Assembly: GCF_021596945.1 (NCBI RefSeq)
Contig: NZ_CP063779.1
Coordinates: 1,275,592 to 1,339,591, forward strand
DNA length: 64,000 nucleotides
Direction: 5' to 3'
Source: Mongoliitalea daihaiensis
GTDB lineage: Bacteria > Bacteroidota > Bacteroidia > Cytophagales > Cyclobacteriaceae
Below the pieces are notes generated by a model, which had not been told where the DNA came from, ran no database searches, and was given only the letters and a program-made list of their open reading frames with translations. The position numbers and the translations under genes were made by a program. Of this stretch, positions 25,552 to 36,100 are shown piece by piece; position 1 is the first letter of the stretch; every line of letters begins with the position of its first letter.

Positions 25552-28278
25552 ATGAACAAAATCAAATACGCTGCCACGATAGCTTTGTGCTTAGTGGTTT
25601 TGATGTCATTTGCACAGACAATACCCACACCCCAGTCCCACTTCGGTTTTGGGATGGGAGATAATTACATGTTGAGTAATTATACCCAGACAGAGGCCTA
25701 TTTCAAAAAGCTAGCAGATGCGAGCGATAAAGCTAAACTGGTCTCCATTGGGAAAACAGAGGAAGGCAGAGAGCAATACATGATGATTGTCACTTCCCCT
25801 GAAAATCACAGCCGATTGGATCAATTACGGGAAATTTCCGTGAAGATGGCCCGAGCAGAAGGGATTTCTGATGAACAGGCTAAGGCCTTTGCCAAAGAAG
25901 GCAAAGCAGTGGTCTGGATTGATGGAGGCCTTCACTCCACGGAAACTGTAGGTATCCACCAGTTGACGGAAACCTTGTATCAGGTGCTTACAAGGGAGGA
26001 TGATGAAACCAAGCGTATCCTGGAAAACGTGGTTATCCTATTTGTTCATGCCAATCCAGATGGTCATGAAAAAATCGGGGATTGGTACATGCGGGAGTCG
26101 GAACCAGAAAAGCGTAGCCTTTCCGGACTTCCTGTTCTGTATCAAAAATATATAGGGCATGATAATAACCGGGATTTCTATATCCAAAATATGCAAGAGT
26201 CTACCAATATGGGACATCAGCTGTTTGTGGAATGGATTCCTCAGGTGATGTACAATCATCATCAGCGAGGACCAGCAGGTTCTGTTTTGGCGGGCCCCCC
26301 ATACCGAGACCCTTTCAACCATGTGTTTGACCCCATGATGGTAACAGGAATTGATGCAGTGGGTGCTGCCATGTACAACCGCTTGAATGCGGAAAACAAA
26401 CCAGGATTTACCCGTATGAATGGCTCTGTTTTTTCTACCTGGTACAATGGAGGCTTGCGCACAACGACTCATTTCCACAATATTATCGGTATCTTGACTG
26501 AGATTATCGGTGGACCTAATCCAGAAGAAATACCTTTGGTTCCGGATCGATTATTACCGAATAGCAATACACCATTTCCAGTCACACCTCAGAAAACGTG
26601 GTATTTCCAGCAATCGATCGATTATTCAGTTTCCATGAACTTTGCTGTATTAGATTATGCAGCACGAAATAGCGACCACTTGCTGTACAATATGTATAGC
26701 ATGGGTAAAGGCTCAATAGCAAGGGGTTCTTCTGATTATTGGACACCTTATCCACGTAAGATTGATGCTATCAAAGAGGCCTACGAAAAAAACAAGGATA
26801 AATACCAGCTTTCTTCCAATCCTTTTGCCAGAAGAGGAGGTGCGATTCCTTCAGAATTCTATGAGGAAGTTTATCAAGCCCCTGATCAACGGGATCCTAG
26901 AGGATTTATCATTCCAGCTAATCAGGAAGACATGGCCACGGTCGTTAAATTTATCAACGCGTTGGTAAAAACAGGTATACGAATCGAGCGAACGACAGCA
27001 GCCTTTACCTTAGAGGGTACATCTTATCCCATAGGTTCTTTTGTTGTAAAAACTGATCAGGCATTTAGACCACATGTGCTAGACATGTTTGAGCCACAAG
27101 ATTATCCCAATGATTTTCAGTATCCAGGAGGTCCTCCGATCCGTCCGTACGATGCAGCAGGCTGGACTTTGGCGTATCAAATGGGTATTCAGTTTGACAG
27201 AGTGTTGGATGCTTTTGATGGACCATTTGAAACCTTGCCTTACGGGGAACTAGTCGCAGCACCTTCAAAGTCTTTGGCTTCTTCAAGTAATGGATACTTG
27301 ATCAGCGCTGCGCAAAATGATGCCTTTCCAGTGGTCAATCAATTGCTTAAGCAAGGCGTAAAAGTCTCTCGTATACAGAATGACGAAGGAGCAATTCCTG
27401 CTGGATCATTTTACATTCCATCTAGTGCGGAACGTAGATTGACTCCTTTGGTCCAACAATACGGCATTACGGTTGCTCCAGCACGCAGACAGCCAACCCA
27501 AGCGACGACAATTCAACCTACACGCATTGCATTATTTGACCAGTATGGAGGTTCCATGCCTAGTGGATGGGTTCGATGGATGTTGGAGCAGTATAATTTT
27601 GATTTTCAATTGATATTCCCGAAAGAAATTGATGCAGGAGATCTGAATAAAAAGTATGATGTAATTCTTTTTATATCAGGAGGGATTCCCCCTGCTGGGA
27701 GTAGAGGTGGAGGTTTCGGTATGGATGTAGCATCGATTCCTGCGGAGTATCAGCACATGATTGGGAGCATTTCCGTTGATAAATCAATTCCACAATTGAA
27801 GAAGTTTATGGAGCAAGGTGGGAAGGTGCTGACTGTTGGCTCGGCAACTGCATTGGCCTATCATTTAGATTTACCTGTAAGAAACGCTCTGGCTGAAATT
27901 CAACCGGATGGTTCCGAACGGATGCTTCCAAGTGGAAAATATTTTGTACCAGGTTCGGTTTTGGTAACTAGAGTCGACACTTCTCTGCCGCTCAATTGGG
28001 GATTGAAAACACATGCGGATGTTTTGTTTAATAACAGCCCTGTATTCAAACTGAAGCCAGAGGCTAAGCTGCAAGGGTTCCAAATTTTATCCTGGTTTGA
28101 CACTAAGACCCCCCTAAAGTCAGGTTGGGCTTGGGGACAGTCTTACTTGGAAGATGGCATTACAGCTTTTTCTGCTCCTGTTGGGAAAGGTAGTTTAGTG
28201 GCTTATGGTCCTGAGATTACTTACAGAGCCCAGTCTCATGGGACCTTTAAGATGTTGTTTAATAATTTGTATAAATAA
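25552..28278 (+). CDS. Secreted M14-family zinc carboxypeptidase (large multidomain, 908 aa)
   Basis: Signal peptide. M14 zinc ligands ..GGLHSTE.. (HxxE) and ..HANPDGHE... The long C-terminal extension is typical of Bacteroidota M14 peptidases. Confidence 0.75.
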   Translation: MNKIKYAATIALCLVVLMSFAQTIPTPQSHFGFGMGDNYMLSNYTQTEAYFKKLADASDKAKLVSIGKTEEGREQYMMIVTSPENHSRLDQLREISVKMARAEGISDEQAKAFAKEGKAVVWIDGGLHSTETVGIHQLTETLYQVLTREDDETKRILENVVILFVHANPDGHEKIGDWYMRESEPEKRSLSGLPVLYQKYIGHDNNRDFYIQNMQESTNMGHQLFVEWIPQVMYNHHQRGPAGSVLAGPPYRDPFNHVFDPMMVTGIDAVGAAMYNRLNAENKPGFTRMNGSVFSTWYNGGLRTTTHFHNIIGILTEIIGGPNPEEIPLVPDRLLPNSNTPFPVTPQKTWYFQQSIDYSVSMNFAVLDYAARNSDHLLYNMYSMGKGSIARGSSDYWTPYPRKIDAIKEAYEKNKDKYQLSSNPFARRGGAIPSEFYEEVYQAPDQRDPRGFIIPANQEDMATVVKFINALVKTGIRIERTTAAFTLEGTSYPIGSFVVKTDQAFRPHVLDMFEPQDYPNDFQYPGGPPIRPYDAAGWTLAYQMGIQFDRVLDAFDGPFETLPYGELVAAPSKSLASSSNGYLISAAQNDAFPVVNQLLKQGVKVSRIQNDEGAIPAGSFYIPSSAERRLTPLVQQYGITVAPARRQPTQATTIQPTRIALFDQYGGSMPSGWVRWMLEQYNFDFQLIFPKEIDAGDLNKKYDVILFISGGIPPAGSRGGGFGMDVASIPAEYQHMIGSISVDKSIPQLKKFMEQGGKVLTVGSATALAYHLDLPVRNALAEIQPDGSERMLPSGKYFVPGSVLVTRVDTSLPLNWGLKTHADVLFNNSPVFKLKPEAKLQGFQILSWFDTKTPLKSGWAWGQSYLEDGITAFSAPVGKGSLVAYGPEITYRAQSHGTFKMLFNNLYK

Positions 28279-28304
28279 TAGGAATAGTTAAAAAAAATAA
28301 TTTG

Positions 28305-28341
28305 AATCCGCAGAAAACGCCAGCTTTCTGCGGATTTTTTT
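28305..28341 (+). terminator. Rho-independent terminator after the M14 peptidase gene. It may also serve the convergent XRE gene.
   Basis: ATCCGCAGAAA / loop / TTTCTGCGGAT (11-bp stem), followed by a T7 run. Confidence 0.7.
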
Positions 28342-28367
28342 GTGGCAGGCTAGCTTTGCAATTATTA

Positions 28368-29000
28368 TTAGCTTTTTTGCAAATCTTCTAAATTTTTAAT
28401 TCTTTTTTCCAGATTGGTTATTCGGTCTTCCAAAGGAGAATATTCTTTAAACGGGGAGTATATACCAATCACTTCGTAAATCCCCGCGTTTTCTGAGAGT
28501 GAAATAGTTTGATTATTTAAAATAATTTGTCCCTCTAATACTTTTGTTAATTTACCTATTTGAAATCCCTCTTTTGATATAGTCAAATAAACTTTTCCTA
28601 AAACCGGTACATTTGGGATACCACATACAATTTCATCTTGTTGGATATAAGCGTTTGGTGGGAGCTCATTTCCTGAAATAAATACAGTGTTATTAGGGAA
28701 TATACTTGGAAAATCCTTTGTTTCTGTGAATTGTCTAGTAGCAGATGGAAGTGACTGAGTTAGGGAAGGTAAAGTGAAGCCACTGAGTTGGTTAACAGTG
28801 ATATTGCTGGTAAGAAGTGCATCAATTGTAAGGTTGAATACTTCTGCTGTTTTCATGATTGTTTCGATTTTGGGCTCCGCCCTTCCTTCTTCATAGGAAC
28901 TAATGACGCCCCTGCTTACATCAAGCATATCTGCAAGTTGTGCTTGTGTAAGTCCACGTACATTCCTTATTTTTTTTATGTTTTTACCAAATTTTGACAT
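28368..29000 (-). CDS. XRE-family HTH transcriptional regulator with an uncharacterised roughly 140-aa C-terminal domain, divergent from the PspA/flotillin cluster
   Basis: N-terminal KNIKKIRNVRGLTQAQLADMLDVSRGVISSYEEGRAEPKIETIMKTAEVFNLTIDAL is a classic Cro/C1 HTH. The C-terminal region has no Ser-Lys peptidase motifs and ends in a heptad coiled coil (RITNLEKRIKNLEDLQK). Confidence 0.7.
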   Translation of the reverse strand: MSKFGKNIKKIRNVRGLTQAQLADMLDVSRGVISSYEEGRAEPKIETIMKTAEVFNLTIDALLTSNITVNQLSGFTLPSLTQSLPSATRQFTETKDFPSIFPNNTVFISGNELPPNAYIQQDEIVCGIPNVPVLGKVYLTISKEGFQIGKLTKVLEGQIILNNQTISLSENAGIYEVIGIYSPFKEYSPLEDRITNLEKRIKNLEDLQKS

Positions 29001-29141
29001 AGGTGCAATTTAAATTAGATAAAAGTCAAATAATATTAGCAAAAAATAGCTAATAGTATTTGCAAACTTAGAAATTTTATTTAATATTGTGGAACAGTCA
29101 GTTTAAAAAATTCATTTTTAAAATAAACCTTAAAACAACAG

Positions 29142-29534
29142 ATGATGGACAAGTATTTTAAAATTGTAAAAGATTATATTCTTGAACTTGGTTCTGTAAT
29201 TCAATATGAGAGCGAATTAGATAATTTGCTTGTCATAGAAAATGAAGATTTTGGTGTCAAGAACATGGTGATTGGTGTTGCGACACCGATCATAATTATT
29301 GAGCAATATCTCTTTAACGTCAAAGATGAAGGGGAAATATTCAAGCAGCTTTTAATTAAAAACAGAGATATTGTGCATGGTGCTTTTGTATTGGATGAAA
29401 CTGGCGAGAAGGTCATATTCAGAAATACATTGCAGGCGGAGACTTTGGACTTAAAGGAATTGGAAAGTACCATCAATTCATTAGGCTTATTGCTCTCAGA
29501 ATATTCAAATGAAATACTATCATTCTCTAAATAA
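29142..29534 (+). CDS. Small acidic cytoplasmic protein, YbjN/T3SS-chaperone-like fold candidate. First gene of the PspA-flotillin cluster.
   Basis: 130 aa. The alternating hydrophobic pattern and the motifs ..NMVIGVATPIIIIEQYLFNV.., ..GAFVLDETGEKVIFRNTL.. resemble YbjN/DUF2170-type proteins. It ends 12 bp upstream of the pspA-like gene. Confidence 0.4.
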   Translation: MMDKYFKIVKDYILELGSVIQYESELDNLLVIENEDFGVKNMVIGVATPIIIIEQYLFNVKDEGEIFKQLLIKNRDIVHGAFVLDETGEKVIFRNTLQAETLDLKELESTINSLGLLLSEYSNEILSFSK

Positions 29535-29546
29535 ATCCTTATCGTT

Positions 29547-30269
29547 ATGAACGTTTTAAAAAGATTATTCAAAATTGGACAAGCAGAAACTCATTCGGCT
29601 ATAGACAAATTAGAGGACCCAATCAAAATGATCGAACAGGGTCTGAGAGATATGCGAGAAGATCAGGATCGTGCATTGAAAGCTTTAGCTGAAGTAAAGG
29701 CCATGCATATTAAGCGGATGAGAGAGTTAAAAGATTCCATCAGTCAAGAAGAGGATTTACAGAATAAATCTGTTTTACTTTTGAAAAAAGCCCATTCTGG
29801 AGAAATGGATACAATTGAAGCAGAGGGCTTTGTCAAAGAAAACCTAAGGAGAAAATCAAAATTGAGTCAGGATATTAAGATTCAAACAGAGGATGTCAAC
29901 AATTTGGAAAAGCAGGTGGCGACCTTAGAGCAAAATGTTAACCGGATCAAAGCGGGGATTAAGCAATGGGAAAATGAGCTCGCTACCTTGAAAGCGAGAA
30001 TTAAAGTGAGCAGTGCTACGCAAAAGATAAATAAGCAGATGACCAATATGGACAGTACTAGTGTGGTATCTATGCTTGAGCGCATGAAAGACCGAGTGGT
30101 TCAGGATGAGGCATTGGCACAGGCTTACGGAGAAATGGCAGAAAGTTCTATAAGCCATGATGAGAAAGTCAAAAAAGCATTGGAAGATATATCTGTGGAA
30201 GATGAATTAGCGCGGATGAAAAAGAATTTAGGACTTTCAGGAACAGATGTCTCTGATGATAAAGTTTGA
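29547..30269 (+). CDS. pspA: PspA/IM30/Vipp1-family protein (bacterial ESCRT-III-like)
   Basis: 240 aa. The N-terminus MNVLKRLFKIGQAETHSAIDKLEDPIKMIEQGLRDMREDQ matches the PspA signature (LF.R....I...A.IDK.EDP.KM.EQ..RDM.E). The remainder is an all-alpha coiled coil. Confidence 0.8.
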   Translation: MNVLKRLFKIGQAETHSAIDKLEDPIKMIEQGLRDMREDQDRALKALAEVKAMHIKRMRELKDSISQEEDLQNKSVLLLKKAHSGEMDTIEAEGFVKENLRRKSKLSQDIKIQTEDVNNLEKQVATLEQNVNRIKAGIKQWENELATLKARIKVSSATQKINKQMTNMDSTSVVSMLERMKDRVVQDEALAQAYGEMAESSISHDEKVKKALEDISVEDELARMKKNLGLSGTDVSDDKV

Positions 30270-30337
30270 TAATTTAATTCCGCTGAAATACCTTTTTGCA
30301 ATAGTTTCACGATAGATTTATCTCTTAGATCCCCATT

Positions 30338-30970
30338 ATGGAAAGACTACTGGAAATCTCTTTTGCTCCGGCCAATTTTATTCTGACTGTACTGAGTCTC
30401 TTGGTGCTGCTCTACTGGCTAATTGTCATATTCACAGGATTTGATATTGACGTCGCTGATATGGATGCAGATACCGATGTTAGTAATCCAGAGGTAGGCA
30501 ACGCTGGAAGTCAAGGATTTTGGAATGCCTTTTTGGAATTCTTTTATATTGGTGAGTTGCCAGTTATGTTTATCATATCCATTGTGGTGTTTTCCATGTG
30601 GTTAATCAATGTGAATGTCACTGCAATTTTTGGGATTGCAGATAGTCTACTGGGATTGCTGATCTATATACCTGGCTTGATAGTCAGTATGCTTATAACA
30701 AAAGTAGTGGCTAGGCCATTTATAAAAATTTATGCTCAGTTCAATCATAAAGGAGAAAAGGCTATAGATTTTATAGGAAAAACCGGTAAAGTGATAGCCC
30801 CCATTGGAAAAGATAAAATCGGCCAAATCGAAATTCAACTAGAAGGAGATGTGATAAAGGTTTATGCCAAATCAATAGATGATGAATTGATTAAGTTCAA
30901 TGAGACAGTAATCATTTTGGAAGAATCACTAGACAAAAAATACTATTTAGCTCAAAAATTTCAACTCTAA
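30338..30970 (+). CDS. NfeD-like membrane protein (YqiJ/DUF1449-like): N-terminal TM helices, an Asp-rich loop and a C-terminal OB-fold
   Basis: 210 aa with at least 3 TM helices, the loop GFDIDVADMDADTDVSNPE, and a C-terminal beta-rich segment GKTGKVIAPIGKDKIGQIEIQLEGDVIKVYAKSID..ETVIILEE typical of the NfeD OB-fold. It lies immediately upstream of the flotillin gene, as in the yqiJ-yqiK and nfeD-floT pairs. Confidence 0.55.
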   Translation: MERLLEISFAPANFILTVLSLLVLLYWLIVIFTGFDIDVADMDADTDVSNPEVGNAGSQGFWNAFLEFFYIGELPVMFIISIVVFSMWLINVNVTAIFGIADSLLGLLIYIPGLIVSMLITKVVARPFIKIYAQFNHKGEKAIDFIGKTGKVIAPIGKDKIGQIEIQLEGDVIKVYAKSIDDELIKFNETVIILEESLDKKYYLAQKFQL

Positions 30971-30986
30971 AAAAACCAATAAACTT

Positions 30987-33014
30987 ATGATGGAATCTTT
31001 TTATGTCGTAGCGGGCATGAGTATAGTCGTGCTACTAGGGCTCTTTGTGTGGCTCATTTCAATGTACAAAAAAGTAAGTCAAGGTCGGGTACTCGTACGT
31101 ACCGGTCAGGGCGGTGTAAAGATCTTCTTTAATGCGGGATTAGTAGTTCCAATCCTTCACAAAGAAGAAGTCATGGATATCTCTGTTAAGAAATTGGAAA
31201 TTTCAAGAATGTCGAAAGATGGTTTGATTTGTAAGGATAATATGCGTGCAGATATTAAAGTAGCATTTTTCGTGAGGGTAAACAAGTCTGTACAAGATAT
31301 TATCAACGTTGCTCAGACCATTGGCTGTGCCCGTGCTTCTGATCATGAAACCTTGGAAAGCTTGTTTGAAGCGAAATTCTCTGAGGCCTTAAAAACAGTC
31401 GGAAAGAAGTTTGAATTCATTGAGTTGTATGAGGCACGTAGGGAGTTTAGAGATGAAATCATTGATATTATTGGTACCGATCTTAACGGATATGTTTTGG
31501 ATGACTGTGCCATAGATTATCTGGAACAGACCAAAATGGATAATCTCGATAGAGATAATATTCTTGATGCTGAGGGTATCAAAAAAATTACGGAGCTGAC
31601 CGCCGCCCAAAATATTAAAGCTAACCAAATCCGCAGGGATGAAGAAAAAATCATCAAAAAACAAGATGTAGAAGCACGGGAGGCGATTTTGGAGCTTGAA
31701 AAGCAACTCAAGGAAAAGGAAGAGTCCCAAAGAAGAGAGATAGAAACAATCAAAGCACGTGAACAGGCTGAAATCGATAAAGTAACGTCCCAAGAAAGAC
31801 TCAAATCAGAGGAAGTTCGTATCCGAACGGAGGAACAATTGGAAATCCAGGAGGAAAACAAACTAAGGCAAGTCATCATTGCTGCCAAGAATAAGGAACG
31901 GGCTGAGGCTGTGGAAACCGAACGGGTGAAAAAAGATAGAGATATTGAAGCCACCGAGCGTGAGCGAATCGTGGCATTGGCTCAGATTGAAAAGGAAAAA
32001 GCAGTAGAGATTGAGAAGAAAAATATCCAAGATGCGATCAGAGAAAGAGTAGCCATGGAAAAAACCGTGGTAGAGGAACAGGAGAAAATCAAGGATGTCG
32101 AAGCATTTAAGGGAGCTAATCGGCAAAAAGAGGTTGCTTTGATCATTGCCGCCAAAGAAGCTGAAATCAATTTGATTGAAGAAGTGAAAGCTGCTGAATC
32201 CAAGGAGAAGTCCGCTAAACACGAAGCTGCAAAAATCATTATTGAAGCCAACGCTCGCAAAGATGCTGCTGATAAGGAAGCTGAAGCCAGAAAAATTATT
32301 GCTGAGGCCAAAGCCAAAGAGGAAGCTACCATCGGTATGTCAGAGGCACAGGTGATGCATGCAAAAGCAGATGCACTTGAGCGTCAAGGAATGGTAGATG
32401 CGGTCATCATTGAAAAAGTAGCAGAAGCCAAAAGAAAAGAAGGATTGGCTGAGGCAGAAGTCATTCAGGAAAAAGCTATTGCTGAGGCCAAAGGTATTCA
32501 GGAGAAAGCAGGCGCTATGAAGCAATTGAATGATGCTGGCAAGGAGCATGAGGAGTTCAGATTGAAGCTTCAAAAGGAGAAAGAAGTGGAATTGGCACAG
32601 ATCAGTATACAGAAAGACATCGCTGATGCACAGGCAAAAGTGCTTGCCGAGGCCTTTAAAACAGCTAAAATTGATATCGTTGGCGGAGATAATACATTCT
32701 TCAATAATTTGATTAAGCAAATTTCTACCGCCCGAGGAATAGATAAGTTGGTGGAAAATTCTCAAACTATCTCCCAAGTGAAAGATTCATTAATGGGGGT
32801 TTCCGAAACAGGAGACACTCCTAATGACCTAATTGAAAAAATCAGGGGTATAGCAAATAAATACGGGGTTACTACTGAAGATCTGAAAAACATATCCATC
32901 GCAGCACTGATTACACAAATACAATTGAAAGCAAGCGAAGAAGACAAAGGATTCTTAGCCAATATGTTATCGATTGCCAAAACTATGGGCGTCGAAAACA
33001 GGAGAATATTGTAA
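30987..33014 (+). CDS. Flotillin-like SPFH/band-7 protein (YqiK/FloT-like) with a long E/A/K-rich coiled coil
   Basis: 675 aa. N-terminal TM helix, SPFH core (..VSQGRVLVRTGQGGVKIFFNAGLVVPILHKEEVMDISVKKLEI..), about 300 aa of EA-repeat coiled coil, and a C-terminal flotillin tail. Confidence 0.8.
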   Translation: MMESFYVVAGMSIVVLLGLFVWLISMYKKVSQGRVLVRTGQGGVKIFFNAGLVVPILHKEEVMDISVKKLEISRMSKDGLICKDNMRADIKVAFFVRVNKSVQDIINVAQTIGCARASDHETLESLFEAKFSEALKTVGKKFEFIELYEARREFRDEIIDIIGTDLNGYVLDDCAIDYLEQTKMDNLDRDNILDAEGIKKITELTAAQNIKANQIRRDEEKIIKKQDVEAREAILELEKQLKEKEESQRREIETIKAREQAEIDKVTSQERLKSEEVRIRTEEQLEIQEENKLRQVIIAAKNKERAEAVETERVKKDRDIEATERERIVALAQIEKEKAVEIEKKNIQDAIRERVAMEKTVVEEQEKIKDVEAFKGANRQKEVALIIAAKEAEINLIEEVKAAESKEKSAKHEAAKIIIEANARKDAADKEAEARKIIAEAKAKEEATIGMSEAQVMHAKADALERQGMVDAVIIEKVAEAKRKEGLAEAEVIQEKAIAEAKGIQEKAGAMKQLNDAGKEHEEFRLKLQKEKEVELAQISIQKDIADAQAKVLAEAFKTAKIDIVGGDNTFFNNLIKQISTARGIDKLVENSQTISQVKDSLMGVSETGDTPNDLIEKIRGIANKYGVTTEDLKNISIAALITQIQLKASEEDKGFLANMLSIAKTMGVENRRIL

Positions 33015-33177
33015 GGGTCAATCGGCCTTGCAAACCGTGTATCCTTGAGGTTCTGACATCCAATTTCAGAGCCTCTATGGTATACCTTGGTATTGATGAG
33101 TTCTTCAATTCCCATTTCTGTAAACAGGTTCTTAACCTCATTTTTAAACCAATGCATTCTCAAGGATCCTCTGATAT

Positions 33178-36100
33178 ATGGAAACTAACATAGAAAAAGG
33201 TACATACGACATCATTCAGGCGAGGCTTCAGCAACAGCGGTCTTCCTTGGTTGAAAACCTTCAGAAGCTCAATCAGGAAAGACAGCAGATTTTTGGAGCA
33301 GTCGAATTCAAATTACTTTCCAATGTCCGCATCAATACCCAGCATAATTGCATCGCTAGGGATATCGTGTCCATTGGAGATGCTTGTCTTTTTGGCTATA
33401 ATGTCCGCTTAGGTCTGAAAACCGTCTTGGAAGTCGGAGATGTATTCAGTGTGTATCGCTTTTCAGACCACGAATTTCATCCCATGTCATTGGAGTTGAT
33501 TCAGGATAAAAGCTTTGCTGATGAACTGCAAAACCTTTATAAGTTTTATAGACATACGCAATTTTCAAGATTTTTTGTGCAAGGGAGTTTCCTCTATATG
33601 GTGTTTCAACTATCAGACAGTCCCACTGATATCAAGGCCTTTAAATGGTTGATTGAGGAAAATAAGCTTCAATTTGTGGATTCACGCAGTGCAGCTGAGG
33701 TCAAATTCCCTTTACAGTATGAATTTGAATGGATCAGAGCAACTAGGGATATGCAAAGAACCGGTAAGAATCCACATATCTCGATAGTTGATAAGGTCTT
33801 TGTGGAAACTACCAAAGGTAATCTGACCATCAAAGTTGAAGATAATACAGATGATGGATTAGGCATTTATTCTGAAGATGTCTTGCATTCAGATCAATCT
33901 TTGGATGATGGAGAAATACACTTTTGTGATTTAGGAAATTTAGTCTTGTTAAAAATCAAACCTTATCTGGAAAGCGAACGATACTTTATTTTTAATCATC
34001 GAGTAAAGAATGTTGTGAGAGTTGATACCTTAAAGGATGCTGGTATTCTGCTGCCTGATGATCAAGGAATCCTCCTTTCCAACGGCTATTACTTACAGAC
34101 AGGAGAAAATAAAATTTTTGACAGAAAAATTGAAGGGGTGAAATTTCTGAGGAAAATTCAATCTCCCAATGGAGAGGATTATCTCTTCATTTTTTATGAG
34201 GAAAAGAACCACGATTTTGTAATCCTTTCTTACAATGTCATTGAGCAAACTGTAAAAACACCGATTTTTTGTAATGGGTATACATTGTTTACTGAAGGTG
34301 AACTTTGCTATTTCAATACTGAAAAAGAGCCTGGTAAACATCACAATATTCAAGTTTGGCAAACGCCATACACCAAAGAAATTCTACCGAATGAAGCATT
34401 CAAAAATCATGAATTATACAAAATAGGTAATCGCTCTATTGTAAAAGCGATGGCAGAAGTTCAAGAGCTGATAGTACTTCTTGCCAAAGAAGATAGTTAC
34501 AACGGGTTATACCTGGACATTGAAAAAAGGAGTCAAAGCATTTTAGATGGGTATTTTTGGTTGAGGAGCTCCCAACTTCAAGCGCTTAGCCAAGCTTTAC
34601 AGGAAACTAAAGAAATTGCACTTGCTGCTATCGGTGAGTTTGAAAAGGTATTGCAGATCAAACAGCATACACTTTCAACTTACACAAATGTAAAAGAGAA
34701 AGTTGATAAAGTACTTTTTGAAACGAGGAGTTCCAACTTTGAAAGCTTAGATCAATATGTTTCTCTTCTTTCTCAGATGAGAGGCATTCGTGGTGAAATC
34801 ATTGGTCTTAAAAACCTTCGCTACATAGATTTGGAACAAGTGGAGCTGCTTGAAGTTGGCGTAGCTAAAAGAGCGGAAGAACTTTCACAGGCTTGCGTGC
34901 AGTTTTTGCTGCAGGATAATGCTTTAGACTATTACAAAGTAAAAATGGACTTTCTGACGAATGATGTCAGCAAATTAGAGAAGGTCATTGATGCAAAATC
35001 TTTGGAAAAGTCCTTTGACCAATTGTCCAAGGAATTGGAATTATTGATTGAGATCGTTAATAATCTGAATGTGGAAGATACAGCGCATGCTACTCAAATT
35101 ATTGAGAGTATTTCACTGATTTTCGCCCAATTGAACCAGCAACGAGTAGCGCTCAATAACCGACGGAAACAGATCGGAGAGCGAGAAGCAAGGGCTGATT
35201 TTCAAGCTCAGATGACCTTGTTTGAGCAGTCAATTGTCAATTTTCTGGAATTGGCCAATGACACGGCCAAATGCGATGAATACTTGTCCAAACTTTCAAT
35301 TCAACTGGAGGAACTGGAGGGAAGATTTGTCGACTTCGATGATTTTATTGATAAAATTAGTGAGAAAAGAGAGTCTGTATATGCTGCATTTGAATCAAAA
35401 AAAGGCAACTTAACAGAAGCCAGAAACAAACGGACAAATTCTTTATTTGCATCAGCTACGAGAATTTTGAACAGTATTAAATCCAGAGCAGCAACTTTTG
35501 GAACAGAGGTGGAAATCAACGGATATTTCGCTTCGGATCTTATGATCGATAAAGTAAGGGATGTTGCATCCCAATTACAATCCTTGGGAGATTCAGCCAA
35601 ATCGGAAGATTTGCTTAATCAATTGCAAGTATTGCAGCAGGAAGCTATTCGGGCTCTAAAGGATAAAAATGAACTATTTGAGGATGGCAATCAAGTCATC
35701 AAATTGGGAGAATATCGATTTGCTGTCAATCAGCAAAAGTTAGATCTTACCATGCTTGTAAAAAATAATACATATCATTTTCATCTGACAGGTACTTCTT
35801 ATTATGAGGCTGTACATGCTCCTGAAATGGAAGAGTTAAAGGATGTTTGGGATCAGGAACTGCCTTCAGAAAATAGAACGGTGCACCGTACAGAATACCT
35901 GGCATGGCAGGTTTTTCAGAGCTTGGATAAAAATAAAGTATGGATTGATTCTGATTTAGCTAATCAAATTGCACAATATACGGCCACACATTATGGAGAA
36001 GGTTATGTGAAAGGAGTTCATGACCAAGATGCACTGTTGATTCTTCAGGCATTGCTGGAAAAAGAGCGAGACCTGGGACTTTTAAGATTTGAATCAACCA

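Noticed and set aside
31389-33163. Five minus-strand ORFs (116-145 aa) overlapping the flotillin gene
   Set aside because: They are antisense to the EA-rich coiled coil. Their translations are Ser/Leu/Phe low-complexity mirror images.
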